Assembly (NCBI GenBank): GCA_965223505.1
Contig: CBDCWP010000024.1
Coordinates: 95,094 to 159,093, forward strand
Length of the DNA: 64,000 nt
From: Planctomycetota bacterium
Lineage (GTDB): Bacteria > Planctomycetota > PLA2 > JAEUHO01
Direction of reading: 5' to 3'
Positions 38,953-47,694 of this stretch are shown one piece after another. Under the pieces are notes generated by a model that was not told where the DNA came from, ran no database searches, and saw only the letters and a list, made by a program, of their open reading frames with translations. Within the stretch, counting starts at the first letter, position 1. Each line of letters opens with the position of its first letter. Made by a program: the position numbers and the translations under genes.

Positions 38953-41088
38953 TCAGGACCCCAATGGCTTCAGCGGATGGCGGTCGATCCCGCCTTTCGA
39001 CGGCGCCTCGAGCTCCAAGGTTCCTTGCGGATAGGGCCCCAACACGATGCCGGCCGGCGGAAACACCTCCATGTAGATCTGCGAGCCGCTGGGGCGCACG
39101 AAGAACACCGGCAGCTCGCCCCATTCGTGCAGGAGTCGCGCACCCCGCATGTCGCGCGTCTCGACCTCGGGCATCTTGCGCATGGTTCCCTTCGCGAGCC
39201 GGATCGTCACGTCGGTGCGCTCCCCGTCGCGCACCCAGCTCCCGTGGGCGGCGCCGCACTCCGACGTCGCGCTCCGGAAGGGGACGACGTACACGTCGTG
39301 CTCGCCTTGCGAGAGCGAGATGATCGAGACGTGGCCGTCCGCGACGCGGTGGCGTCCGCGCGTTCGCCAGACCGGAATGCGGTGCGTGTGCGATCGCCAG
39401 AACACGAAGACCTCGGTGCCGTCGGGGAGACGCGTCCCGTCGGTCGCGACGATCTCGAGGCGCATCGACCCGATGCCTTCCTTGGGCCGAAGTGTCGCGG
39501 TGAGCTCGAGCTCTTCTCCGAAGTCCGTGACGCGCACGCCCTCGATCGTGGCCGTCTCGTGCGCAGGCGAGTGCAGTTGGACGTCGTACACGCCGGGTGG
39601 CAGGCGCCGATCGACGACGATGGTGCCGTCCAACTGCATGCCGGCATGAACGGGCAGCGCCGCGAACGGATCTTCCGTCTGCACCATGGCCGAGACGGGC
39701 ATGTCGCCGGGTTTCCAGTTCTCGATGCGAATGCGGATCACGGCCGAGCGGTCGAGGTGCAGGTCGATCTCGCGCTCGTGAGGTTGCACGACACGCTCGG
39801 CCGCGACGAGACGTTCGGCGTTCGCCCGCACGCGGAAGGCGCGTCGTGTCGCAAGTCGGAACCGGCATACGCCGTTGGCGTCCGTCCGGAGCGAACGCGG
39901 GTAGAACGACGCGTCCTCCGGACGGGGCCACGCCCGAATCGACTCAGGGTCCATCGGCATGATCGCGACCTGAACGCGTTCCTTCGCATGTCCTTCCGGC
40001 ACGTGGACGCGGATCACGCGCTCGGGTGCCTTACGCAGCACGAGCTCGATGTCCTTGCCGGGCACGAGTGCGTCGCCGTCCACGAACGCCCTGTGCCACT
40101 GCGGATGCGTCGGTGCGCGCGCGGCGACCCAGTGCCCCTCGATCGACGCCATCTCGAAGGCGAAGGCGCCGGTCTCGTCTGCGCTCACCCGCCGCTCGGG
40201 CGGAAGGTGCATCGGAGCGTCCTTCGCGACGACGTACACGCTCACCGGCCGTGGCAGCGTGCCCTCGGCGGCGACGACGCGTCCACGCCACCTGCCGGTC
40301 GCGGTCGCGCTCGCGGCGGCGACATCCACGGTCGACGACGCCGCGTCGATTCGCGTGCGCCCTTCGAGCTGCGCGGCCGGTGCGTCCTCGTCCGCCGCTT
40401 CGGTCTCGCCCTCGGCGTGAAGCTGCGGCGCGGGTTCGCGGTCCGTTGTGTCATCTCTTGCGGTGAGCTGCCAGCCGACGAACGCACCGCCGCCGACCAG
40501 CGCCAGCAGCACCGCCGCCCAACCCAGCTTCCATTTCGACGCGGCCATGCCACCTCCCAGCACACTCTGCGGAACGAACGGCAAGAGGAGCAGTCGCCAC
40601 GTGCGCCCGTCGCCGTGTGCGCGGTCGAGCTCCGTGCGTAGCAGCTCCAGCCCGCGGTGCACGCGCGTGCGAACCGTCGCGATCGCGATGCCTTGCTCGC
40701 GCGCGATCGCCGCCGCGCTGCGGCCCGCGAAGTAGCGCAGCCACAGCGTCGTGCGAAACGGTTCCCCCACGCGCTTCAGTGCCTCGGCAACGCGCCGTTG
40801 TTCGTCGATGTGCGCCGCCGTCTCGTCGGGACGCGGCGCGGGCGAAGGCGACAACGCGCGCTCTTCGCGCCGCTGTCGACGCGACTCGGCTCGGTTGCGC
40901 TCGCGCGCGCGGTTGCGCAGTACGCCGCGCAGCCACGCCATCGCCGGAAGCCCGCCATTCCTCAGGGCCACCACGAAGGTGTCCTGGACCAGATCGTCGG
41001 CGGCGTGAGGATCGCGTACGAGCGCGCGAGCCAGTCGCCGCAGGCCCTGGGCCTGTCGATCCAAGCGGGCGGCGTCGTACGCGTTCAC
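38953..41088 (-). CDS. ECF sigma factor fused to TM helix and extracytoplasmic beta-sandwich (carboxypeptidase-regulatory-like) repeats
   Basis: Sigma2 ADDLVQDTF...WL; sigma4 IAREQGIAIATVRTRVHRG; TM LLALVGGGAFVGW; GGAGG RBS. Confidence 0.88.
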   Translation of the reverse strand: MNAYDAARLDRQAQGLRRLARALVRDPHAADDLVQDTFVVALRNGGLPAMAWLRGVLRNRARERNRAESRRQRREERALSPSPAPRPDETAAHIDEQRRVAEALKRVGEPFRTTLWLRYFAGRSAAAIAREQGIAIATVRTRVHRGLELLRTELDRAHGDGRTWRLLLLPFVPQSVLGGGMAASKWKLGWAAVLLALVGGGAFVGWQLTARDDTTDREPAPQLHAEGETEAADEDAPAAQLEGRTRIDAASSTVDVAAASATATGRWRGRVVAAEGTLPRPVSVYVVAKDAPMHLPPERRVSADETGAFAFEMASIEGHWVAARAPTHPQWHRAFVDGDALVPGKDIELVLRKAPERVIRVHVPEGHAKERVQVAIMPMDPESIRAWPRPEDASFYPRSLRTDANGVCRFRLATRRAFRVRANAERLVAAERVVQPHEREIDLHLDRSAVIRIRIENWKPGDMPVSAMVQTEDPFAALPVHAGMQLDGTIVVDRRLPPGVYDVQLHSPAHETATIEGVRVTDFGEELELTATLRPKEGIGSMRLEIVATDGTRLPDGTEVFVFWRSHTHRIPVWRTRGRHRVADGHVSIISLSQGEHDVYVVPFRSATSECGAAHGSWVRDGERTDVTIRLAKGTMRKMPEVETRDMRGARLLHEWGELPVFFVRPSGSQIYMEVFPPAGIVLGPYPQGTLELEAPSKGGIDRHPLKPLGS

Positions 41089-41208
41089 GGCTCCTCCACC
41101 CTACCCATGGCCGCCGGGCGCCGATCCGTTCCCGGAAGCACCCCGGAAATCGCCGCTACCCTACCTGCCCTCGATCCACGGCTTCGTGACACGTACAGGT
41201 GGAGGTTC

Positions 41209-43638
41209 ATGTCCCTGGATCCGGCCCGCTACGACGCCGACACGCTCGAACGCCATCGCGACAGCATCCGGCGCGTCGCGCGGGGGCTCGTGCGCGACTA
41301 CGACCGCACGGAGGACGTCGCGCAGGAGACCGCGTTGCGTGCCCTGTCCGGCGAGGTCCGACCGCGCAAGAACGTGGGCGCGTGTCTCGCGGGGGTCGCC
41401 CGCAACGTCGCGTGCCGGCTGCTTCGCCGCGAAGCGGCGCGCCCGCGTGTCGAGTCCGCCGCCGCGCGTGACGAACCGCAGCCGTCGGTGCTCGACGCGC
41501 TGGCGCGGCTCGACGAGCAACGTCTCGTACTCGACGCCGTACGCAAGCTCCCGGATCCGTACCGATCCGCCGTCCTTCTGCGCTACATCGACGGACTGCC
41601 GCCGCGCGCGATCGCGCGCCGCCTGGGTTGTCCGGTCGAGACCGTGAAGAGCCACCTCAAGCGCGGGCTCGCGCGACTGCGCGAGACACTGGACGCACGC
41701 CACCACGGCAATCGTCGAGCCTGGCTCGCCGTCATGTTGCCGCTGGCCGACTGGGGACCGCTCGCCTCCTTGTCCACATCGTTCGGAGGCGTCATGGCAC
41801 AGGAAACAACCCGGAAGTTCGCACTCTCGACACTCGCGCTGCTGCTACTGGCGGGCGGCGCAACCTGGGGCGGATATGCGCTGTTCGGCGCGGACACGCC
41901 GTCGAAGAACGGGGCAGCGCCGCTGACGTCCGACCTCACGGGCGGCGCCGCGAGCGACGCCGAGCCCGCGCCGACGCTCTCGCGCCGCGACGGCGCCGGC
42001 GACATCGACACGTCGACCGGCGCGGCGACATCGCCCGGGGCGCAAACGGGCGCAGGCGCGGCCGGCGGCGACACGAGTGCGACGGGCGCGGCCGCGTCGT
42101 CGGGGGACGAAGAGAGCGCCCCGCCGCTCAAGCGGTTCGCGTACGTGCCGCCCGTGCGGCGCGCCCCGTTCAGCCTGCCGAGCGGCGATCAGGGCGGCGG
42201 CGGCATGGGCGCGACCGGGCATTGGCTGAAGTTCGGCCGCGGCGCCCCGCCGAAAGGCGACGCGACACTCGTCGTCACCGTTCGCGACGAGGAAGGCCTG
42301 CCGCTCGCGAATGCCCTCGTGCTGATCGGGCTGCGCGACATCATCGGCACGACGGGCGTGTCGTTCGGCGACCTGCGCAGGTTGGGCCGCACCGACGAGA
42401 ACGGCGTCGTGCGCGCGGAAGCGCTCACGGGCGGCGAGGTCGCGCTGGGCGCGGACTGGCACGGTCTGTTCTCGCCCCAGGGCTTCGACGCCCGCCACGC
42501 CGTGCCTGTCGCGATCCCCCATCGGGGGGAGCACGCCGTGACGTTGACGCTGCCGGTGCGCCGCAAACAGATGGCCACGGTGAAGGGCGTCGTCCGTGAC
42601 ACCGAGGGCGCGCCGATCTTCTCCGCAACGGCGTTCCTGGGAACACTGCAGGCGGGCACGCGGCGCGACGGCAGCTACACGATCACCGGACCGGTGGAAG
42701 GCGCGTTCGAACTGCGCTTCTCGTCGTGGGAGCACGCGACGAAGACCGTCGACGTCAAGGTCGAGCCGGGCGGGGTCGTCACGCAGGACGTCACGCTCGA
42801 GCACAAGAACGCAGGCGAGATCACGCTCAGCGGCGTCATCGTCGGCCCCGAAGGCGAGACGGTGCCGCACGCGACCGTGTACATCGGCATCGACTCGACG
42901 CACTCGACGCTTCGAACGATCAAGGCCGACGAGGAGGGTCGCTTCGTCTTCGAGAAGTTACCGGAGCGCGTGACGAAGGAGAGCATCACGATCATCGGGG
43001 ACGGCTGGCAGCAGGGGTACTCGCAGAAGCGCGCGACGTACGCCGAGGGGTTGCCGGACGGTTCCGACGTGCGCGTGCAGCTGATCTACGGCTACACGAA
43101 GGTCGTGATCGACGTGCGCGACGCCGACACGGACGATCCCGTCGAGCGCGTCGATCTGACGCTCGAGCGGCCGGATCCGACCGACTACCAGCGCGGGCAC
43201 CTCTTCTACGATCCGCGCATGCGCAAGCTGCGAGGCACGCTGGCGCCGGGCAGCTACCACGTCGTCCTGGACGCGCTGCATCACGCGTCGACCGAGTTCG
43301 ACCTCGACGTGCCGCGCCAGAAGGAGTACACGCACGTCGTCAAGCTCGCGCGCGTGTCGCCGGACTCGATCGACATCGCCCTCAACCTGATCGCGCGGGA
43401 GAGCGGGACCAAGAAACCGGTCACGCGCTGCAAGATCGTGGTCTCCGACGTCGTCGGCGACCGCGCGCTCTCGCGCCTCGAGCAACCGCGCGCGGACGGA
43501 CGCTACCGTCTGCCCGTGCCGTCGGGTCGGCGTCGCGTGCAGGTGACCGCGGAGGGCTACGCGCCGTACGACGAGATCGTCGACTTCGACCCGCTGGAGA
43601 TCGAGAAGGACCTCGTCGTGGAGCTCGTGCCGCGCTGA
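41209..43638 (+). CDS. ECF sigma factor fused to TM helix and carboxypeptidase-regulatory-like repeats
   Basis: EDVAQET; IARRLGCPVETVKSHLKRG; TM; GxVxDxxGxP repeats; GGAGG RBS at 41201. Confidence 0.9.
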   Translation: MSLDPARYDADTLERHRDSIRRVARGLVRDYDRTEDVAQETALRALSGEVRPRKNVGACLAGVARNVACRLLRREAARPRVESAAARDEPQPSVLDALARLDEQRLVLDAVRKLPDPYRSAVLLRYIDGLPPRAIARRLGCPVETVKSHLKRGLARLRETLDARHHGNRRAWLAVMLPLADWGPLASLSTSFGGVMAQETTRKFALSTLALLLLAGGATWGGYALFGADTPSKNGAAPLTSDLTGGAASDAEPAPTLSRRDGAGDIDTSTGAATSPGAQTGAGAAGGDTSATGAAASSGDEESAPPLKRFAYVPPVRRAPFSLPSGDQGGGGMGATGHWLKFGRGAPPKGDATLVVTVRDEEGLPLANALVLIGLRDIIGTTGVSFGDLRRLGRTDENGVVRAEALTGGEVALGADWHGLFSPQGFDARHAVPVAIPHRGEHAVTLTLPVRRKQMATVKGVVRDTEGAPIFSATAFLGTLQAGTRRDGSYTITGPVEGAFELRFSSWEHATKTVDVKVEPGGVVTQDVTLEHKNAGEITLSGVIVGPEGETVPHATVYIGIDSTHSTLRTIKADEEGRFVFEKLPERVTKESITIIGDGWQQGYSQKRATYAEGLPDGSDVRVQLIYGYTKVVIDVRDADTDDPVERVDLTLERPDPTDYQRGHLFYDPRMRKLRGTLAPGSYHVVLDALHHASTEFDLDVPRQKEYTHVVKLARVSPDSIDIALNLIARESGTKKPVTRCKIVVSDVVGDRALSRLEQPRADGRYRLPVPSGRRRVQVTAEGYAPYDEIVDFDPLEIEKDLVVELVPR

Positions 43639-43641
43639 CCG

Positions 43642-44916
43642 CTAGCGATCGCCCTTGGGGTCCTCGTTCGGCGGTTGGGCTTTTGGGTCGCTGCGCGAAG
43701 GCGTGATGGCGCCGGATGACGTGGGGAGACCGTCCACGGGGCTCGGCGTGGTCGGGTGATACGCCTTCGAGCCGCGCAACAGGAAAAGCAGCGCGAACGA
43801 CGTGCAGACCTGACGGTTCTCGAGGTCGATCTCGAAGAGCTTGTTCCGGCTGCTCGACTGCGTGCTCACCGGCCCCCAACCGCCGTCCTTCTTCTGCTTC
43901 CTCAGCAGCGTGCGCGCCCCCCGCTCGTACCAACGCACACCGCCGATCTCCTCGACGTTCGCGAAGATGCAGACCTTCTCGAGCGCGTAGAGGCCGTAGT
44001 AGGGGTTCCGGAAGTCGAACGTCAGCCCTTTCGCATCTTCGGTCGCGTCGAACTCCGCAAGGAATGCGGGCACATCGACCGCGAGCTTCTCCATGGCGGA
44101 CGCGCGCGCCTTGGCGATCCGCTTCAGCAGCGATTTCTTCGCCTTCGGATCGCGTTTCAGCGCCGCTTCCGCCAACAGCAGATTGGCGAGGCCCATGAAC
44201 GTGCCTTGCGGGTAGTGCCGCCCCGCGCCGCCCTTGCGCGGACCGTAGCCCCAACGCCCTCGGCTCTGCATCTTGGTGAAGCGCGTGCCGAGCCGCGTCC
44301 ACGCCTCGAGCGGGATCTCGGCGCCCGCGCGCTCCGACGCCCACAGCCCGAGCGCGCCGAACTGCGCGGTCGAGATGTTCACGGGCGGGCTCGCACCCGA
44401 TGACGACGTCTCGTACCCCCAGGAGCCCGCGCGCGACTGTCCGCGAACGAGCGCCGCCCCGAGCTGTTGGGCCGCGCGCTTCGGACCTGCGTCCGCCATG
44501 ATCAACATGGCGCCGATGCCGGCTTCGTAGGTTCGACTCGCCAGCTCGCGCCTGCGGTCGGATCCCGACTCGAACAGGAACGCCTTCGCCTTGGCGAAAG
44601 CGCGCGTGGCGGTCGGGGTGCCTGCATGACGCAGGGCCAACCCACAGAGCGCCGTGTACTCGACGCGACTCGGCCAGCCCTCGGCGGCTTTCGGGCTCGC
44701 CCCCCAACTCGACGCGTCGGGCGCGAACCCGCCGTCGGGGCGCTGCTGAGAAACCAGCCAGAGCACGCCGCGATCGATCGCGGTGTGGATCCGCTTGCGC
44801 AGCGCCGCGTCGATCCCCGCGGTCTTCAGCCGCGCCTCGGTGGCCTCGTAGTCGGCGCTCGCGGGCGCGCTGAGAAGCGCCAGCAACACGAGGATGAGGA
44901 GCAGCGGGCGAGCCAT
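43642..44916 (-). CDS. Secreted prenyltransferase/squalene-cyclase-repeat protein
   Basis: Signal peptide; AIDRGVLWL..QQRPDGGF, GSWGY, YGLYALEK, QKKDGGW, TSFALLFL motifs. Confidence 0.75.
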   Translation of the reverse strand: MARPLLLILVLLALLSAPASADYEATEARLKTAGIDAALRKRIHTAIDRGVLWLVSQQRPDGGFAPDASSWGASPKAAEGWPSRVEYTALCGLALRHAGTPTATRAFAKAKAFLFESGSDRRRELASRTYEAGIGAMLIMADAGPKRAAQQLGAALVRGQSRAGSWGYETSSSGASPPVNISTAQFGALGLWASERAGAEIPLEAWTRLGTRFTKMQSRGRWGYGPRKGGAGRHYPQGTFMGLANLLLAEAALKRDPKAKKSLLKRIAKARASAMEKLAVDVPAFLAEFDATEDAKGLTFDFRNPYYGLYALEKVCIFANVEEIGGVRWYERGARTLLRKQKKDGGWGPVSTQSSSRNKLFEIDLENRQVCTSFALLFLLRGSKAYHPTTPSPVDGLPTSSGAITPSRSDPKAQPPNEDPKGDR

Positions 44917-45025
44917 GGCTGCTAGGAACGCCGCCTGGACCTCTCCTAGACCCCCATTTCCAGGGGCCTGGGCCCCGCGCACGGGCCTTTTGTCCATTTC
45001 GTCGTTTTTTGTCCTGATTTTTATC

Positions 45026-45054
45026 TGGACGATTATCACATGTTCGTCCATATT
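45026..45054 (+). promoter_or_regulatory. Sigma70-type promoter overlapped by a dyad operator
   Basis: TGGACG-N17-CATATT; inverted repeat TGGACGA-N11-TCGTCCA (45026-45050) in an AT-rich island. Confidence 0.6.
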
Positions 45055-45095
45055 CTTTTCTCAACAACGGAATCGGAACCAAGGAGTCCCAACCG

Positions 45096-46028
45096 ATGAA
45101 GTCTCCCCTCTTCTTCTCCCTCGCTCTTCTCGCCGCGTTCGGCCTGGCCCTTCCGACGGCCGTCGCCGACGACTGCGGCTCGTCCTGCACCGGCGACAAG
45201 GCCAAGAGGGCTTCCGCCGACATCGTCGACACCGCCGTCAGTGCGGGCTCGTTCAAGACGCTCGTCGCCGCGGTCAAGGCCGCCGGCCTCGTCGACACGC
45301 TCAAGGGTGACGGCCCGTTCACGGTCTTCGCGCCCACGGACGAGGCCTTCGCGAAGCTGCCCGACGGCACCGTCGAAGCGCTCCTGAAGGACAAGGAAGC
45401 ACTGACCAAGGTGCTGACCTACCACGTCGTGGCCGGCAAGGTCCCCGCTTCGGCCGTCGTGAACCTCGACTGGGCCGAGACCGTCCAGGGTCAGAGCCTG
45501 CACGTGCGCACCGAGAACGGCGCGGTCATGATCGACGACGCGAAGGTCGTCAAGGCCGACATCGAGACCTCGAACGGCATCATTCACGTGGTCGACACGG
45601 TGATCCTGCCCCGCAAGGACATCGTCGACACGGCGGTGAGCGCACGCTCGTTCGGTACGCTCGTCACGGCCGTGAAGGCTGCCGACCTCGTCGAGACGCT
45701 CAAGGGCAAGGGCCCGTTCACGGTGTTCGCGCCGACGGATGCCGCGTTCGCGAAGCTGCCTGCCGGCACCGTCGAGAGCCTGGTCGAGGACAAGCCGGCG
45801 CTGACGAACATCCTCACCTACCACGTCGTCCCCGGACGCGTCCTGAGCAAGGACCTCAAGGTCGGCACGACGCACGCCAAGACCGTGCAGGGCACCGACA
45901 TCACGATCGTTCGCACCAAGAGCGGTGAGGTCACGGTCAACGGCGCCAAGGTCACGAGCGCAGATGTGCTGGCGGGTAACGGAATCATCCACGTCATCGA
46001 CGCGGTGATTCTCCCCAGCCAGGAGTAG
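45096..46028 (+). CDS. Secreted double fasciclin (FAS1) domain protein
   Basis: Two copies of [15 protein letters not shown]...LTYHVV...NGIIHV.D; AAGGAG RBS. Confidence 0.95.
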   Translation: MKSPLFFSLALLAAFGLALPTAVADDCGSSCTGDKAKRASADIVDTAVSAGSFKTLVAAVKAAGLVDTLKGDGPFTVFAPTDEAFAKLPDGTVEALLKDKEALTKVLTYHVVAGKVPASAVVNLDWAETVQGQSLHVRTENGAVMIDDAKVVKADIETSNGIIHVVDTVILPRKDIVDTAVSARSFGTLVTAVKAADLVETLKGKGPFTVFAPTDAAFAKLPAGTVESLVEDKPALTNILTYHVVPGRVLSKDLKVGTTHAKTVQGTDITIVRTKSGEVTVNGAKVTSADVLAGNGIIHVIDAVILPSQE

Positions 46029-46099
46029 TCGTTCTCCCCTCCCTCCCTCCCATCGCTACTCGGGGGCGGTCCTGGACCGCCCCCCTCATCCCCGCTGAC

Positions 46100-46139
46100 G
46101 GCGGCGGCCCTCCAACCGGGCCGCCGCCCTTTTTGGTTT
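46100..46139 (+). terminator. Intrinsic terminator
   Basis: GGCGGCGGCCC/GGGCCGCCGCC stem followed by CTTTTTGGTTT. Confidence 0.85.
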
Positions 46140-46164
46140 GAAGCCGGGAACTGAAACCGAAACG

Positions 46165-47646
46165 ATGATGAACGAAGTGACCGCGCAACGAACCGTCCTC
46201 GTCACCGGCGCGACCGGCTACATCGGCGGCCGGCTCGTCCCGCTCCTGCTCGAGCGGGGTTGGAAGGTGCGCTGCCTCGCGCGCTCCGCACGCAAGCTCG
46301 AGGACCGCCCCTGGATCGGCGACCCCGACCTCGAGGTCGCCGAGGGCGACGCGAACGACGCCACCTTCATGGAAGCGACGCTCGAGGGATGCGACGCCGC
46401 CTACTACCTCATCCACTCGATGATCGCGGCCGGAGGCTCGTACCGCGAACGCGACCGAAATCTGGCATCGACGTTCGCGCAGGCGGCGGCGAAGGCCGGC
46501 GTCGGGCGCATCGTCTACCTCGGTGGCCTGGGCGAGACGGGCGAAGACCTGAGTGAGCATCTGGCATCACGCCGCGAGGTCGAACAGGTGCTGCGCGAGG
46601 GCGGCGTGCCGGTCACGATCCTGCGCGCCGCGATGATCATCGGCTCCGGATCCGCCTCCTTCGAGATCCTGCGGTATCTCGTCGAACACCTCCCGGTCAT
46701 GATCACGCCGAAGTGGGTGTCGACGCGCTGCCAGCCGATCGCGATTCGCAACGTCCTCGGCTACCTGACGGACTGCCTCGAGGTCCCCGAGACGGCCGGC
46801 AAGATCCTGGACATCGGCGGTAGCGAGATCGGCACCTACCGGGACCTGATGCGCATCATGGCGGAGGAGCGCGGACTGCCTCGCCGCTGGATCATCCCCG
46901 TCCCGGTCCTCACGCCCCGATTGAGCTCGCTTTGGATCCATCTCGTCACACCGGTCAGCGCCAAGATCGCGCGGCCGTTGGCCGAGGGGTTGCGCAACGA
47001 GGTCATCTGCCGCGACGACGAGGCGCAACGGCTCATGCCGCAGGCGCTGTTGTCGATGCGCGAATCGATCGCCGCCGCGCTGGGCAAGCTGCGCGAGCAC
47101 GACGTCACGACCTCGTGGTCGAGCGCCGGACCGATGCCGCACGATCCGGAGTGGAGCGGCGGGACCGTGTTCGAAGACAGCCGAGACGCCGTGGTCGCCG
47201 CGTCGCCGGCCGCGACCTTCGCGGCGTGTTGCGCACTGGGTGGGGAGCGCGGGTACCACGTCGCCGATGCGCTCTGGCGACTGCGCGGCGCGTTGGACCG
47301 CCTGGTCGGCGGTCCGGGACTTCGGCGAGGCCGGCGCGACCCCGACACGCTGCGCTACGGAGACGCGCTCGACTTCTGGCGCGTGACGCGCATCGAGCCG
47401 AATTGCTGTCTCGAGCTGCGCGCCGAGATGAAGGTGCCCGGCGTCGCGACGCTCACGTTCGACATCGAGCCGACGCCGGATGGCGGCAGCCGGCTCGTGC
47501 AGACGGCGCGCTTCAAGCCGCAGGGATTACTGGGGCTGCTGTACTGGTACGCGGTCCTGCCGATGCACCACTCCGTGTTTCGCGGCATGTTCGCAGGCAT
47601 CGCCCGCCATGCCGAGTGGTTCGAGCGCAACGCCGTGCCTGCGTGA
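46165..47646 (+). CDS. SDR/NAD(P)-binding protein with C-terminal DUF2867 (YbjT-like)
   Basis: TGATGYIGG, YYLIHSM, SEHLASR, GSGSASFE, LDFWRV...LRAEMKVPG motifs. Confidence 0.9.
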   Translation: MMNEVTAQRTVLVTGATGYIGGRLVPLLLERGWKVRCLARSARKLEDRPWIGDPDLEVAEGDANDATFMEATLEGCDAAYYLIHSMIAAGGSYRERDRNLASTFAQAAAKAGVGRIVYLGGLGETGEDLSEHLASRREVEQVLREGGVPVTILRAAMIIGSGSASFEILRYLVEHLPVMITPKWVSTRCQPIAIRNVLGYLTDCLEVPETAGKILDIGGSEIGTYRDLMRIMAEERGLPRRWIIPVPVLTPRLSSLWIHLVTPVSAKIARPLAEGLRNEVICRDDEAQRLMPQALLSMRESIAAALGKLREHDVTTSWSSAGPMPHDPEWSGGTVFEDSRDAVVAASPAATFAACCALGGERGYHVADALWRLRGALDRLVGGPGLRRGRRDPDTLRYGDALDFWRVTRIEPNCCLELRAEMKVPGVATLTFDIEPTPDGGSRLVQTARFKPQGLLGLLYWYAVLPMHHSVFRGMFAGIARHAEWFERNAVPA

Positions 47647-47694
47647 AGCACGGGGCCGGACGTCGTCCCATAGACTGGACGGCCGGGAGGCACC

